From Spirochaetales bacterium (GTDB lineage Bacteria > Spirochaetota > Spirochaetia > JABEVK01), in assembly GCA_037142615.1 (NCBI GenBank), contig JBAXAI010000002.1:32001-96000 (forward strand): a stretch of DNA of 64,000 nt, in the 5' to 3' direction. The notes beneath the pieces are model-generated. The model saw only the letters and a list, made by a program, of their open reading frames with translations, did not search any database and was not told the origin of the DNA. This document shows positions 1 through 10,275 of this stretch, piece after piece (the first letter of the stretch is position 1; each line of letters begins with the position of its first letter). Position numbers and translations under genes: made by a program.

Positions 1-887
1 AAGGCCATCACCTCGGCGACGAACGCCTCTCGGTAGCGCTCCAAGAAGAAGAAGAGCGGCTTCTCCGTCATGACGCCTTCTTCGGTGGAGACTCGGACCG
101 TGGAAGGAAGGTCGTTCTCGGCACTCGCGGACCCCTTAGATCCGAACACCTCGACACGTTGGTCGTAGCCGTAGACAGCCTTGCGGGAGTTGTCGATGAC
201 CGCAAGAGCTCCATTGGCAAACCGAAGAGTGACAACGGCCGTATCGATGTCGCCCGCCTTTCCAATCAGTGGATCAACCAGTACCGCACCCGCAGCATAG
301 ACTTCGGTTACCTCGCTACCAGCTTGAAAACGGGCCATGTCAAAGTCATGGATCGTCATGTCAAGAAACATCCCGCCGGAAACCGCAGCATACTCCGGCG
401 ACGGAGGTGATGGGTCCCGACTGGTGATCTTGATCAGGTGAGGTTGGCCGATCGTTCCCGCCAGTGTCGTCTCGCGGATCTTGCGGAAGTTGTGGTCGAA
501 CCGCCGGTTGAACCCAACCTGAAGCCTGACACCCGCAGTTTGGACGGCCTTGAGGGCCGCACGGACCTTTTCGACGGTGAGGTCAACCGGCTTCTCGCAG
601 AAGATGTGTTTGCCTGCTCGGGCCGCGCGGATGACCAGATCGGCATGGGTATCCGTAGAAGTACAGATGAAGACGGCCGAAATGGTGTTGTCTGACAAGA
701 TAACCTCAGGGTCTGTCGTGACGACCGGTACTCCGAGGTTATCCAGCCATGCCCTCGTCTCGTCGGGCATGACCACGTCTGCTACCGCGATGAGCTCGGC
801 GTCTGGAAGGAAGTTGACAATGTTTGACGCGTGGATCTTGCCGATTCGACCGCATCCAAGTATTCCTACCCTTATTCGCTTCGACAC
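1..887 (-). CDS. iolG: myo-inositol 2-dehydrogenase (Gfo/Idh/MocA family), 3' end runs off the window
   Basis: Not in the ORF track. Hand translation from GTG at 887 (RBS AAGGAG) gives VSKRIRVGILGCGRIGKIHASNI (Rossmann motif), later IFCEKP and FFFLERYREAF. Divergent from iolD. Confidence 0.85.
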   Translation of the reverse strand, partial: MSKRIRVGILGCGRIGKIHASNIVNFLPDAELIAVADVVMPDETRAWLDNLGVPVVTTDPEVILSDNTISAVFICTSTDTHADLVIRAARAGKHIFCEKPVDLTVEKVRAALKAVQTAGVRLQVGFNRRFDHNFRKIRETTLAGTIGQPHLIKITSRDPSPPSPEYAAVSGGMFLDMTIHDFDMARFQAGSEVTEVYAAGAVLVDPLIGKAGDIDTAVVTLRFANGALAVIDNSRKAVYGYDQRVEVFGSKGSASAENDLPSTVRVSTEEGVMTEKPLFFFLERYREAFVAEVMA

Positions 888-900
888 CTTTTGTCTCCTT

Positions 901-914
901 TGAAACCGTTCCCA
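901..914. promoter_or_regulatory. LacI-family operator, copy 1 (TGAAACCGTTCCCA)
   Basis: Pseudo-palindrome with central CG, typical of LacI/CcpA sites. Exact second copy at 954-967, in the iolG/iolD divergent spacer near a LacI gene. Confidence 0.7.
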
Positions 915-953
915 CAAGACACTACCAGACCAATTTCGTTTTGTCAAACACCT

Positions 954-967
954 TGAAACCGTTCCCA
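954..967. promoter_or_regulatory. LacI-family operator, copy 2 (TGAAACCGTTCCCA)
   Basis: Identical 14-mer 53 bp downstream of copy 1. Confidence 0.7.
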
Positions 968-1009
968 TGATCCAGTACAGTGACATGAAGGCATTCCAAG
1001 GAGGCAGAA

Positions 1010-2944
1010 TTGGCACGTATAAGGATGACAACCGCCCAAGCACTGGTGAGGTTCCTGAACCAACAGTATCTCGAAGTGGATGGAGTGCAGCACCCTTACG
1101 TTCGAGGAGTCATGGCCATCTTTGGCCACGGGAATGTCCTCGGTCTGGGGCAGGCGCTTCTTGAGCAACCCGGCCACCTGGTGGTCCACCAAGCCCGTAA
1201 TGAGCAAGGAATGGGCCATGCAGCCATAGGCTTCGCCAAGCAGAAGCGGCGCCGTCAGATCTACGCCTGCACTTCCTCGGTTGGACCCGGTGCGGCGAAC
1301 ATGGTAACGGCTGCCGCCACTGCCACGGCAAACCGTATTCCTGTCCTCTTTCTGCCCGGTGACGTCTACGCGACCCGGCAGCCGGACCCAGTTCTTCAAC
1401 AACTTGAGCACTTCCATGACCTCGGAATCTCGACGAACGATGCCTTTCGGTCGGTGAGCAAGTATTGGGACCGGATCAATCGTCCTGAGCAACTGATGAC
1501 GGCCCTCATCCACGGTTTCCGTGTCCTCACAAGCCCGTCAGACACCGGCGCCGTCACCATCGCGCTTCCCCAGGACGTCCAGGGAGAAGCCTGGGACTTC
1601 CCCGAAGAGTTCTTCGCGAAACGGGTCCACTACTTCGATCGGCGCCGCCCGAGTTCTGTCACTCTGCAGCAGGGTGTCGACCTCATCTCCCGCAAATCCC
1701 GACCACTCCTGATTTGCGGTGGCGGAGTGCCCTACTCTGACGCGGCGGCGGCTTTCCTTCGTCTTGCCGAGGAGTTTCAGATTCCCTTTGGCGAGACCCA
1801 GGCTGGTAAGGGGGTGATTGCCTGGGACCATCCCCTCAATCTCGGTGGTATCGGCACGACGGGTACTCTGGCCGCCAATACTCTGGCCCGAACCGCCGAT
1901 GTCGTGATCGGGGTCGGCACCCGATATACCGACTTTACCACGGCTTCCAAATCGCTCTTCCAGGATCCGAACGTCGAGTTCGTCAACATCAACATCGCTG
2001 AGTTCGACGCCGTCAAGCTTGATGGGGTCTCCTTGGTTGCCGACGCTCGGGCGGGGGTCGAAGCACTGGCCGAAGGTTTGCGAGGCCGTCAGTGGTCTGG
2101 CCTTCGATCGGAATCAGCGACACTGGCGAAACAGGGCTGGGTCAGAGAACTGGCCAGGCTCGACGAGGTGCGGTACTTCGGAAAAAGGTTCCGTCCGGAA
2201 GTCAAGTGTCCTTCAAACCAGTTGTTGCCCGAATACGGGACCCTCCACGGTTCTTGGCTCACCCAAACGAGGGTTCTGGGTCTTCTGAACCAGTTGCTCG
2301 CCGGTGACGCAATTGTCGTGGGCTCTTCTGGAAGCTTGCCAGGCGATCTTCAGAGGATGTGGCGACCCTCGGCTCCGGGTTCCTACCATGTGGAGTACGG
2401 TTTCTCGACCATGGGCTATGAGGTCAATGCTGCCTTGGGAGTCAAGCTTGCGTGCCCAGATCGGGAGGTCTACGCGATGGTCGGCGACGGGTCCTACCTG
2501 ATGTCTCATAGCGAGCTGCCGACCTCATTGCAGGAAGGTGCCAAGATCAATGTCCTTCTGTTCGACAACATGAGTTTCGGGTGCATCAACAACCTGCAGA
2601 TGAGCCATGGGATGGCCAGTTTCGGCACGGAGTTCCGATCTCGGAACGCGGCTACCGGGAGGCTCGACGGACGACTGATCCCTACCGATTTTGCTAAGTC
2701 TGCCGAGGCATACGGCTGCAAAAGCTACCGCGTCACGACTGAGGAAGAGCTGATCTTGGCGGTTAAGGACTCCCAGACGCAGACAAGGTCCACGCTTATC
2801 GACATCAAGGTCCTGCCGAAAACCATGACCGACGGCTACCTCGCTTGGTGGAGAACGGGAGACGCCCAGATCGCAAAGGATCCCAAGCTCGTGCGTTTGG
2901 CCAAGCAGAACGCAAAGGTGCTCAAACGTGCCCGCCAGTACTAG
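1010..2944 (+). CDS. iolD: 3D-(3,5/4)-trihydroxycyclohexane-1,2-dione acylhydrolase (TPP-dependent)
   Basis: 644 aa; [34 protein letters not shown] motif GDGSYLM...N; TTG start after AAGGAGG. Confidence 0.95.
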   Translation: MARIRMTTAQALVRFLNQQYLEVDGVQHPYVRGVMAIFGHGNVLGLGQALLEQPGHLVVHQARNEQGMGHAAIGFAKQKRRRQIYACTSSVGPGAANMVTAAATATANRIPVLFLPGDVYATRQPDPVLQQLEHFHDLGISTNDAFRSVSKYWDRINRPEQLMTALIHGFRVLTSPSDTGAVTIALPQDVQGEAWDFPEEFFAKRVHYFDRRRPSSVTLQQGVDLISRKSRPLLICGGGVPYSDAAAAFLRLAEEFQIPFGETQAGKGVIAWDHPLNLGGIGTTGTLAANTLARTADVVIGVGTRYTDFTTASKSLFQDPNVEFVNINIAEFDAVKLDGVSLVADARAGVEALAEGLRGRQWSGLRSESATLAKQGWVRELARLDEVRYFGKRFRPEVKCPSNQLLPEYGTLHGSWLTQTRVLGLLNQLLAGDAIVVGSSGSLPGDLQRMWRPSAPGSYHVEYGFSTMGYEVNAALGVKLACPDREVYAMVGDGSYLMSHSELPTSLQEGAKINVLLFDNMSFGCINNLQMSHGMASFGTEFRSRNAATGRLDGRLIPTDFAKSAEAYGCKSYRVTTEEELILAVKDSQTQTRSTLIDIKVLPKTMTDGYLAWWRTGDAQIAKDPKLVRLAKQNAKVLKRARQY

Positions 2945-3959
2945 GGTCATTGGGACGGCGGCCGACGGGCCCCGTGGATTCACGGACGACCAGCTCTGGT
3001 GCGATGGTCACTTCACGTTCCTGGGGTTCCTTCGACTCGAGCAGGTCCTGCAGTACCGAAGTGGTTCGCAGGCCCAATTCCCCGATCGACTGGCTTACCG
3101 TGGACAGCGCGGGCCCCAAGAACGTCACAACGTCGATGTCGTCAAACCCGATGATCGAGACATCGGCAGGAACTCGAAGTCCATGTTCGAATGCGCAGCG
3201 CACGGCACCGATTGCCAGCTCGTCCGTGACTGCGAACACGGCGCTGTGGTCTCGACCACTATTGAGCAGGGCCTCCATACCCAGACGTCCAGCCTCCATA
3301 GAGTAGGACTTCATTCGCACCACATCGGCCGCGTCCAGGGTCACGCCCTGAGAGGCCAGTGCTTCCTCAAATCCTTGATGTCGAAGCCTGTCAAAACCGA
3401 AACCTGGGCCTCCGAGCAAAGCTGCACGCTGGTGCCCGAGTGCTACCAGGTGCCTCGCCGCCAGCGCAGCGCCCCGAACGTCATCGACGCTCACCGAGGC
3501 CAGGCCCACGTCGGGGAGCCGGAACGTGCACAGCACTGTGGGAAGTCGACGGCCCTGCAGGTACCTGTAGAAGGCGGGATGTGTCACCTCGTGGATGCAG
3601 ATCACACCGTCCAGTCTCTCAGCCTTCAAGCGCGGCAAGAAACTTGGTTCCCCTGTCGCCCCCCAAGCCTCAAAGAAGAAGTCCGTGCGGTACCCCAGGT
3701 GTTCCAGGTGGTGTTCGATGTGTGCGAACAGTTGCCGCTGGAACATGTTGAAGGCTTCTGGGATGACAATCCCGATGGTGAACGTCCGTTGTTGGGCCAT
3801 GCTTCGGGCCGCCCGGTTGGGCACGAAGCCAAGCGAATCGATAATGGTCAAAATGCGATCGCGCAGTTCAGGCGCGACCCGGGCGCTACCCGTCAGGACC
3901 CGAGAAACTGTCGATTTCGAGGTACCAGCAAGTCTGGCAATGTCGATGATGCTCACCAT
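2922..3959 (-). CDS. LacI-family transcriptional regulator (probable inositol repressor)
   Basis: [23 protein letters not shown]; C-terminal [12 protein letters not shown]...LSTV. Start moved to ATG 3959. The 3' end overlaps the iolD 3' end. Confidence 0.9.
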   Translation of the reverse strand: MVSIIDIARLAGTSKSTVSRVLTGSARVAPELRDRILTIIDSLGFVPNRAARSMAQQRTFTIGIVIPEAFNMFQRQLFAHIEHHLEHLGYRTDFFFEAWGATGEPSFLPRLKAERLDGVICIHEVTHPAFYRYLQGRRLPTVLCTFRLPDVGLASVSVDDVRGAALAARHLVALGHQRAALLGGPGFGFDRLRHQGFEEALASQGVTLDAADVVRMKSYSMEAGRLGMEALLNSGRDHSAVFAVTDELAIGAVRCAFEHGLRVPADVSIIGFDDIDVVTFLGPALSTVSQSIGELGLRTTSVLQDLLESKEPQEREVTIAPELVVRESTGPVGRRPNDPSTGGHV

Positions 3960-3997
3960 AGCTCGTTCTAGCATAGAGACGATACAAGGAGGAATCA

Positions 3998-4894
3998 ATG
4001 TTGAACAAGAATAGAGTCAGGCTCGGAATCGCTCCCATCGGCTGGACCAACGATGACCTGCCCGAACTCGGAGGCGCCAACACTTTTGAGCAATGCGTCA
4101 GCGAGATGGCGCTAGCGGGATTTTCCGGCAGCGAGGTCGGAAACAAGTACCCGCGAGATCCAGCTGTACTGAACAAGGCATTGGGTCTCAGAGGACTGAC
4201 GATTTGCAACGCCTGGTTCAGCAGTTACCTGACCACAAAGACACTCAAGGAGAACATCGGGGCGTTTCTCGAGCATCGAGACTTTCTGCACGCCGTAGGT
4301 GCCAGGGTCATCGGTGCCTCGGAGCAGGGACACAGCATTCAGGGGCAAATTGAGACTCCGATTCTCGGCCGCAAGCCGGTCTTCACAGACGACGAGTGGA
4401 AAAGGTTGGCCGACGGACTTGACGAACTGGGGAGTCTGGCTGCCGACAAGGGTATGATCCTGACCTACCATCACCATATGGGTACAGGGGTGCAGACTGT
4501 CGAGGAAATCGACCGCCTCATGTCTTCAACGGATGCGTCGAAGCTCTCCCTCTTGTTCGATTCAGGACACCTGACTTTTGCCGGAATCGACCCCGCTGAG
4601 GTTCTCAGAAAGTACATCCACCGTGTTCGCCACGTTCATCTCAAAGATGTCCGAACCGATGTTCTTAAACGGGTGAAGAAGGAGAACTGGAGCTTCCTGA
4701 GGGCCGTCAGGGAAGGGGTCTTCACGGTTCCTGGCGACGGTTCTGTCGACTACTTGCCGATTCTCAAGGTTCTGGAGACCACAGAGTACAACGGGTGGAT
4801 TGTCGTCGAGGCAGAGCAAGACCCAGCGATCGCTAACCCGCTGGAATACGCAATCAAGGCCAGGAAGTTCCTAAGGGAAACTACGGGCCTCTAG
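3998..4894 (+). CDS. iolE: myo-inosose-2 dehydratase
   Basis: [44 protein letters not shown]; RBS AAGGAGG. Confidence 0.95.
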   Translation: MLNKNRVRLGIAPIGWTNDDLPELGGANTFEQCVSEMALAGFSGSEVGNKYPRDPAVLNKALGLRGLTICNAWFSSYLTTKTLKENIGAFLEHRDFLHAVGARVIGASEQGHSIQGQIETPILGRKPVFTDDEWKRLADGLDELGSLAADKGMILTYHHHMGTGVQTVEEIDRLMSSTDASKLSLLFDSGHLTFAGIDPAEVLRKYIHRVRHVHLKDVRTDVLKRVKKENWSFLRAVREGVFTVPGDGSVDYLPILKVLETTEYNGWIVVEAEQDPAIANPLEYAIKARKFLRETTGL

Positions 4895-4971
4895 TGGTCT
4901 GCCGGTGAGGAGAGGAGGAAGACCCTCGGCCACCAGCCCACAACGATCGAATGGGAAAAGAGGAACCAACC

Positions 4972-6285
4972 ATGAACTATCTTGACATCCGAGACTTCGG
5001 AGCCGTTGGCGACGGCAAAACGATGAACACCCAGGCTATCCAGAAGGCCCTCGACGCGGCCAACCAAAGCGGCGAAACCGTCCTCATCCCCGCCGGGGTG
5101 TTCGTCAGCGGTACCCTGAACCTGCACAGCGCCTCGCTCCACCTCGACGCGAACAGTATCCTCAGGGGCTCGGGCGACTTGAAGGACTACCCGGCGACAG
5201 GGTACCAACACAACGAGATGGGCCCGGTCACCAGCCTGCTTTACAGCCTCGGAGGGAAGAACATCCGGATCACGGGGTACGGAACCATCGACTTTAACGG
5301 CACGGTGTTCTTCGACCTCGGCAAGCCCAACGTCCCGGAGTGGTACAAGACTCCCCTGAACAACCTCCAACTCAGCGAGTGCAACACCGTCTTTGGTGAT
5401 CGGGTTAACCAACCAGCCTTCTTCGACAGCGTTGTCGGCTTGGTCATCGAAGGGGTCACATTTCGGGATTCTTCCTGTTGGACTCTGAGCTTCAATCACT
5501 GCCAGAACGTCTTGCTGAAGAATCTGATCGTCGATTCAGACAAGCGTCTCACCAACAACGACGGCATGCACTTCTGCGCCTGCAACGGCGTCGTGGTTCA
5601 GGGCTGCACGATTTCCACTGGCGACGACTGCATCGCCCTCACCTCGATCACGGACTGGGATACGCCCTGCGAGAACTTCGTCATCAGTGACTGCCTCTTG
5701 AGCTCGTGCTCCAAGGCTCTGGTCCTCGGTTACCAGTATAGCCATGTCCGCAACGTCACCATCAGCAACTGCGTGATTAGGGAGAGCAACCGCGGCTTTT
5801 GCATCATGTCGGGGGCAGGCGTCGGGCTCGTCGAGAACGTCACCGTGAACAACTTGGTTATCGATACCAAGATCCGGGCAGGCAACTGGTGGGGCAACGG
5901 CGAGCCCATCTTCCTGATGGGCATCGAGCACGACAATGGCATCGTAGTCCAGTTCAACGTTCAGAAGCCCAACCGAAAGGTGGAGTTCACCATCGACAAC
6001 GTGATCATCAACAACGTGGTGTGCCATGCAGAAAACGCCATCGGTATCGTCGGCAACGGCCACAGCATCCGCAACCTGTCTCTCTCGAACATCTTCTACA
6101 CCGCGAAGCCGACCAGTCTCAACATCGCACTGAAGGGAAGAACCCTCGACACCCTTCCGGCCCTCGACTTTGTCCCGGTACCTGAGGACTGCTTCCTGAG
6201 GATCTCCGGTGCTTCGGATGTTATCCTCAACAATGTTCACGGAGACAAGAGCAACGGGGTGAACCGCATAGTATCGACGGACTAG
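4972..6285 (+). CDS. GH28 / pectin-lyase-fold glycoside hydrolase
   Basis: DFGAVGDGKTMNTQAIQKALDA, NNDG, TGDDCIA, beta-helix-like N/V/I repeats. Start at ATG 4972. No obvious signal peptide. Confidence 0.8.
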   Translation: MNYLDIRDFGAVGDGKTMNTQAIQKALDAANQSGETVLIPAGVFVSGTLNLHSASLHLDANSILRGSGDLKDYPATGYQHNEMGPVTSLLYSLGGKNIRITGYGTIDFNGTVFFDLGKPNVPEWYKTPLNNLQLSECNTVFGDRVNQPAFFDSVVGLVIEGVTFRDSSCWTLSFNHCQNVLLKNLIVDSDKRLTNNDGMHFCACNGVVVQGCTISTGDDCIALTSITDWDTPCENFVISDCLLSSCSKALVLGYQYSHVRNVTISNCVIRESNRGFCIMSGAGVGLVENVTVNNLVIDTKIRAGNWWGNGEPIFLMGIEHDNGIVVQFNVQKPNRKVEFTIDNVIINNVVCHAENAIGIVGNGHSIRNLSLSNIFYTAKPTSLNIALKGRTLDTLPALDFVPVPEDCFLRISGASDVILNNVHGDKSNGVNRIVSTD

Positions 6286-6575
6286 AGGAGTGGCCCGCCT
6301 CTGAAAGACATCGGTCGAACCTGTGCGTTCCCCAGGGAGGGCCCGGTGACCTAGCTCCATGGGCTGAACTTCTGCATAGACTCGCGATTCTACCGGGCAT
6401 CTGTGGACTTGGGCGACGATCAAGTCGCCCGGGGTCGTCCTGCCGATTTGCAGGGGCAGCTATTTTCGCCTGCCGAAATAAAAAAAGACGAGTTGTCGGT
6501 ATTGTCCTTTGGTTCAATAATCGAACTTCCAGCTGGATTCATCCGGCTCTGATTGTAAGAAAGGGGTCTTGTGTC

Positions 6576-7778
6576 GTGAATCACATTGCGCTGTTAACTG
6601 CTTTCCTTGTCCTGTTTCTTCTGGATTCTCCAACGGCCGCCCAAGCCACCAAGGCTCCTGTAACCGTCGAGATCTACTACAGCGACGACTGCAACCACTG
6701 TAACGAAGCGCGGCGAGTCCTCGAGCAATTGGCACGCCAGGATTCGACGATCCACGTTCTTGAGTTCGAGGTCTGGAACGACGAAAAGAACCTGGCGCGC
6801 CTGGTTGCCAAGGCGGCTGTTTTCGGCTACACGCCGGACGCACTGCCGAACATTTTTGTGGGAAGCAAGTACTGGGTCGGCTATTCCGCTACCGTTGATA
6901 GGGAAGTTCGAGCGGCTCTTGGCGCCGAACCGGTTCGGGACCAAACTCAGCCTCCGCCGGTTTCCGCCCCGGCATCCGGCGGACCAGTCGCGGATCTTGA
7001 GTCAAAATCCTCCCCGAGCGACCAAGGCGTGGTACTGAACTTCCCCATAATTGGCGCGATTGACCTACGGGGTCAGTCGCTGCTGATCGCGACGCTGATC
7101 ATAGGCTTCGTTGACGGTATCAATCCCTGCAGCCTGTGGGTCCTCTCGATGCTGCTGACGCTGACGCTCCATACGGGATCTCGGCTCAGAGTCTTCTTGA
7201 TCGGCGCGCTTTTTATCCTGGCAACATCAATTGTCTATGCCGCTTTCATCACAGGCATGTTCGCCCTCACGACACTCGTAACTCTCAATGGATGGATGAG
7301 CGGCCTGGTCATTGCGACCGCAGGAGTATTTGGGTTAGTCAATATCAAGGATTATTTTTGGTACAAGAAAGGTCCGTCACTTAGTATACCTGACAAGTCC
7401 AAGCCGAAGATCTTCGAGCGCATCCGGGGCCTGATGGTACAAGATGTTTCGCTGTGGGCTTTGATCATCGGAACAGTTGTCCTCGCGGTTGGAGTTTCGT
7501 TTGTGGAACTGGGTTGCACAGCAGGACTCCCGATGCTCTGGACCCAGTTGCTCACCGAGTCACACGTCGACCCCGCAACGTATGCTTGGTTGCTTTTTGC
7601 TTACATGCTTGTCTATCAGGTGATTCCTATGGTGCTGTTTGTCGCAGCAGTCTGGTCGCTCCGCGCCAGCCGTATTGGAGAGCGCCACGGCCGAATGCTG
7701 AAGCTCATAACCGGTGTCATGATGCTACTTCTCGCGGCCGGCATCCTCGGCCAGTTGCTGAGCCACGGCGGGGTCTGA
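6576..7778 (+). CDS. Thioredoxin/glutaredoxin-like domain fused to a CcdA/DsbD-like membrane domain
   Basis: Signal peptide, CNHC redox motif, then multiple TM helices with DGINPCSLWVL and VELGCTAGLP cysteines. Confidence 0.75.
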   Translation: MNHIALLTAFLVLFLLDSPTAAQATKAPVTVEIYYSDDCNHCNEARRVLEQLARQDSTIHVLEFEVWNDEKNLARLVAKAAVFGYTPDALPNIFVGSKYWVGYSATVDREVRAALGAEPVRDQTQPPPVSAPASGGPVADLESKSSPSDQGVVLNFPIIGAIDLRGQSLLIATLIIGFVDGINPCSLWVLSMLLTLTLHTGSRLRVFLIGALFILATSIVYAAFITGMFALTTLVTLNGWMSGLVIATAGVFGLVNIKDYFWYKKGPSLSIPDKSKPKIFERIRGLMVQDVSLWALIIGTVVLAVGVSFVELGCTAGLPMLWTQLLTESHVDPATYAWLLFAYMLVYQVIPMVLFVAAVWSLRASRIGERHGRMLKLITGVMMLLLAAGILGQLLSHGGV

Positions 7779-7780
7779 AA

Positions 7781-10153
7781 ATGCCCAATCCGACACGATC
7801 GAACGAGGACACTTTGTGGTACACGCGCCCCGCTCAATTGTGGACAGAGGCGCTCCCGATCGGAAACGGGCGACTCGGGGGAATGGTATTTGGAGGGGTC
7901 GCTGAGGACCTCCTTCAGTTGAACGAAGACACTCTTTGGTCAGGCTATCCCGACGGTTGGACTAACGCCGAGGCGTTGGGGGTACTACCTGAGGTGCGGC
8001 AGTGCCTTCTGGATGGAAGAATCGGGCGGGCGCAAGAACTCGTCGAACGCCACATGGCGGGCAAATGGTCACAATCCTATCTGCCGCTAGGTGACCTCCG
8101 TGTCCGGCTACACGGGGTGGAGTCCTTCTCGGCCTATCGAAGGGAACTTCGATTGGATGAAGCTGCAGTGCTCAGTGAGTTTAGGACAAGCCAAGGCACC
8201 GTCAGCAGAAAGACCTTCGCTTCCTTTGCCCATGATGTCATTGTCTACGAAGTCGAAAGTGAGTTTCCAATGGATGCCAGCGTCATCCTCGGCAGTCAAC
8301 TGAGGTCGTCGATTTCCGGCGCCGGGAATGTGATTACGCTCTGGGGAGTGGCACCAGGTTGGGTCGCTCCTCACGACAAGGTGTATGAAAACCCCATCGT
8401 CTACGGAGAGGGCCCCGAGACCTCGGGAATGCGATTCTGTGCGATGGTGGCTGGCACGGCCGACTCGGAGCGGATGGATACCGACCAACTGGCACTCTGG
8501 TTTCGCGGTTTCACAAGACTTAGGCTTGTCTTGTCCGCAGCGACAAGTTTCCGAGATCGCGACAGCCATCCTTTTGTCAATGGACTCGATGAGCTGGCCC
8601 TGGCAAGGAGTAAACTTGACCGTGCGATGGGCGTGCCGGGAAACGAGCACCGAGAGAGCCACAGGCAACGCTACCAACTCCAGTACCAGAGGGTAGAGCT
8701 CGAAGTCGACTCGCCTACCGAAAAGCGGTTGCTGCCGACGGATCAACGGCTTCTGGAATCCAACCCAACCGCTGATCCGGCGCTGGCCGTCCTCGCGTTC
8801 AACTTCGGTCGCTACTTGATGATCTCTTGTTCTCAGCCGGGCTCCCAAGCGGCAAACCTGCAAGGCATTTGGAACAAGGACCTCCGGCCTTACTGGTGCT
8901 GCAACTACACGACCAACATCAACACCGAGATGAATTATTGGGGTGTTGAGATCGGCAACCTATCAGAGTGTCACGAGCCTCTGTTTGATCTGGTGAAGTC
9001 TGCGTCCCAGCACGGCGTACGAGTCGCGCGGGACCACTATGGAGCTCGCGGCTGGGTGGCCCACCACAATCTGGACATCTGGGCGAGTTGCGTTCCGGCC
9101 GGCTACGAGGGCCACGTGGACAAGGGCGCCGCTTGCTACGCGTTCTGGCCCATGGGAGGAGTGTGGCTGACGCGTCATCTTTGGGAGCACTTTCTTTTCA
9201 CAAGGGACAAAGCCTTCTTGGCCCTGGATGCCTGGCCCGTCATGAAGGAGTGCGCGAAGTTCTGCTTGGATTGGTTGATTTCCGACAAGGACGGATACCT
9301 CGTTACGGTGCCGGCGACTTCACCGGAGAACGGCTACTATTTGGAGACCGGTGCCCACTTCGCAATCGATGCTGGCACGACCTCAGACACCGAGAGCATT
9401 CGGGATCTGTTTCAGAATTGTCTGAGCGCTATTCTGGTGCTCGGTAACGATGAGGTCATTGCCGATGACCTTCGGAGGGCTTTAGGCCGCCTTCGCCCGC
9501 TGCGAATTGATGCCAAGGGCACGCTGGCCGAGTGGTCCCAGGACTTCCAACCTGCCGATCCCGGACATCGTCACCTTTCGCATCTTTACCCCTTGTTTCC
9601 GGCGACTTATGCCCAAGGATCAGGTGACAAGGAAGTGCTTGATGCCTGCAGAGCAACTCTCGCTTCCCGGTTGCAGCACGGAGGTGGGGGGACGGGGTGG
9701 TCACTCATTTGGCTTGTCTGCTGCTTCGCACGGCTTGGTGATCAACGTGCTGCGGAAACGGAACTGTACCGATGGGTGAGACACTCTACTTACCCCAACC
9801 TTCTTGATCTTCATCCCCCTCTTTCCGAGCGTGAGACCGACGCCTTCCAGATAGACGGAAACCTTGGGGTCGTCGCAGCAATTGGTGAGATGTTGCTCCA
9901 GAGTCACCTTGGGGTGATTCACCTTCTCCCTTGTCTGCCGACCGTTTGGAAAAATGGCTCATTTCATGGACTTCGTGCCCGAGGCGGTTTTGAGATCTCA
10001 GTCTCCTGGCACGATGGAGAGCTGGAAACAGCCACCATTTCAAGTTCTTTCGCGACGAGCATTGAGGTCCGTTATCGGTCAACGACTGTCAATCTGACTT
10101 TTGAGCGCCCGGGAGTACACCGGCTCGGAAGTGGGTTCTGGAGCCGACCCTAA
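7781..10153 (+). CDS. GH95 alpha-L-fucosidase-like hydrolase
   Basis: WTEALPIGNGRLGGMVFG, LQLNEDTLWSG, ANLQGIWN, YTTNINTEMNYW, HRHLSHLY, FQIDGNLG. Start moved to ATG 7781. Confidence 0.92.
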   Translation: MPNPTRSNEDTLWYTRPAQLWTEALPIGNGRLGGMVFGGVAEDLLQLNEDTLWSGYPDGWTNAEALGVLPEVRQCLLDGRIGRAQELVERHMAGKWSQSYLPLGDLRVRLHGVESFSAYRRELRLDEAAVLSEFRTSQGTVSRKTFASFAHDVIVYEVESEFPMDASVILGSQLRSSISGAGNVITLWGVAPGWVAPHDKVYENPIVYGEGPETSGMRFCAMVAGTADSERMDTDQLALWFRGFTRLRLVLSAATSFRDRDSHPFVNGLDELALARSKLDRAMGVPGNEHRESHRQRYQLQYQRVELEVDSPTEKRLLPTDQRLLESNPTADPALAVLAFNFGRYLMISCSQPGSQAANLQGIWNKDLRPYWCCNYTTNINTEMNYWGVEIGNLSECHEPLFDLVKSASQHGVRVARDHYGARGWVAHHNLDIWASCVPAGYEGHVDKGAACYAFWPMGGVWLTRHLWEHFLFTRDKAFLALDAWPVMKECAKFCLDWLISDKDGYLVTVPATSPENGYYLETGAHFAIDAGTTSDTESIRDLFQNCLSAILVLGNDEVIADDLRRALGRLRPLRIDAKGTLAEWSQDFQPADPGHRHLSHLYPLFPATYAQGSGDKEVLDACRATLASRLQHGGGGTGWSLIWLVCCFARLGDQRAAETELYRWVRHSTYPNLLDLHPPLSERETDAFQIDGNLGVVAAIGEMLLQSHLGVIHLLPCLPTVWKNGSFHGLRARGGFEISVSWHDGELETATISSSFATSIEVRYRSTTVNLTFERPGVHRLGSGFWSRP

Positions 10154-10275
10154 TGAATGTTGAGACGGAACACTTTTGTGGAGCGGAGTTCTAGCCGGAT
10201 GGGATCTCGGTGTTTCTTGACGTGTGAAACGAGATTATTCGCGACGCCCAGCAGTAGGCGGAGGAGGAGTAGACT

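Noticed and set aside
7454-7780. N-terminal extensions in the ORF track (GH95, also Crp/Fnr 44272, modA 49965, narH 56671, narJ 54965, narI 54165, GntR 35347, PMI 33040)
   Set aside because: They overlap neighbouring genes or lack family similarity; downstream starts with an RBS or stop/start overlap fit better, so these are not real fusions.
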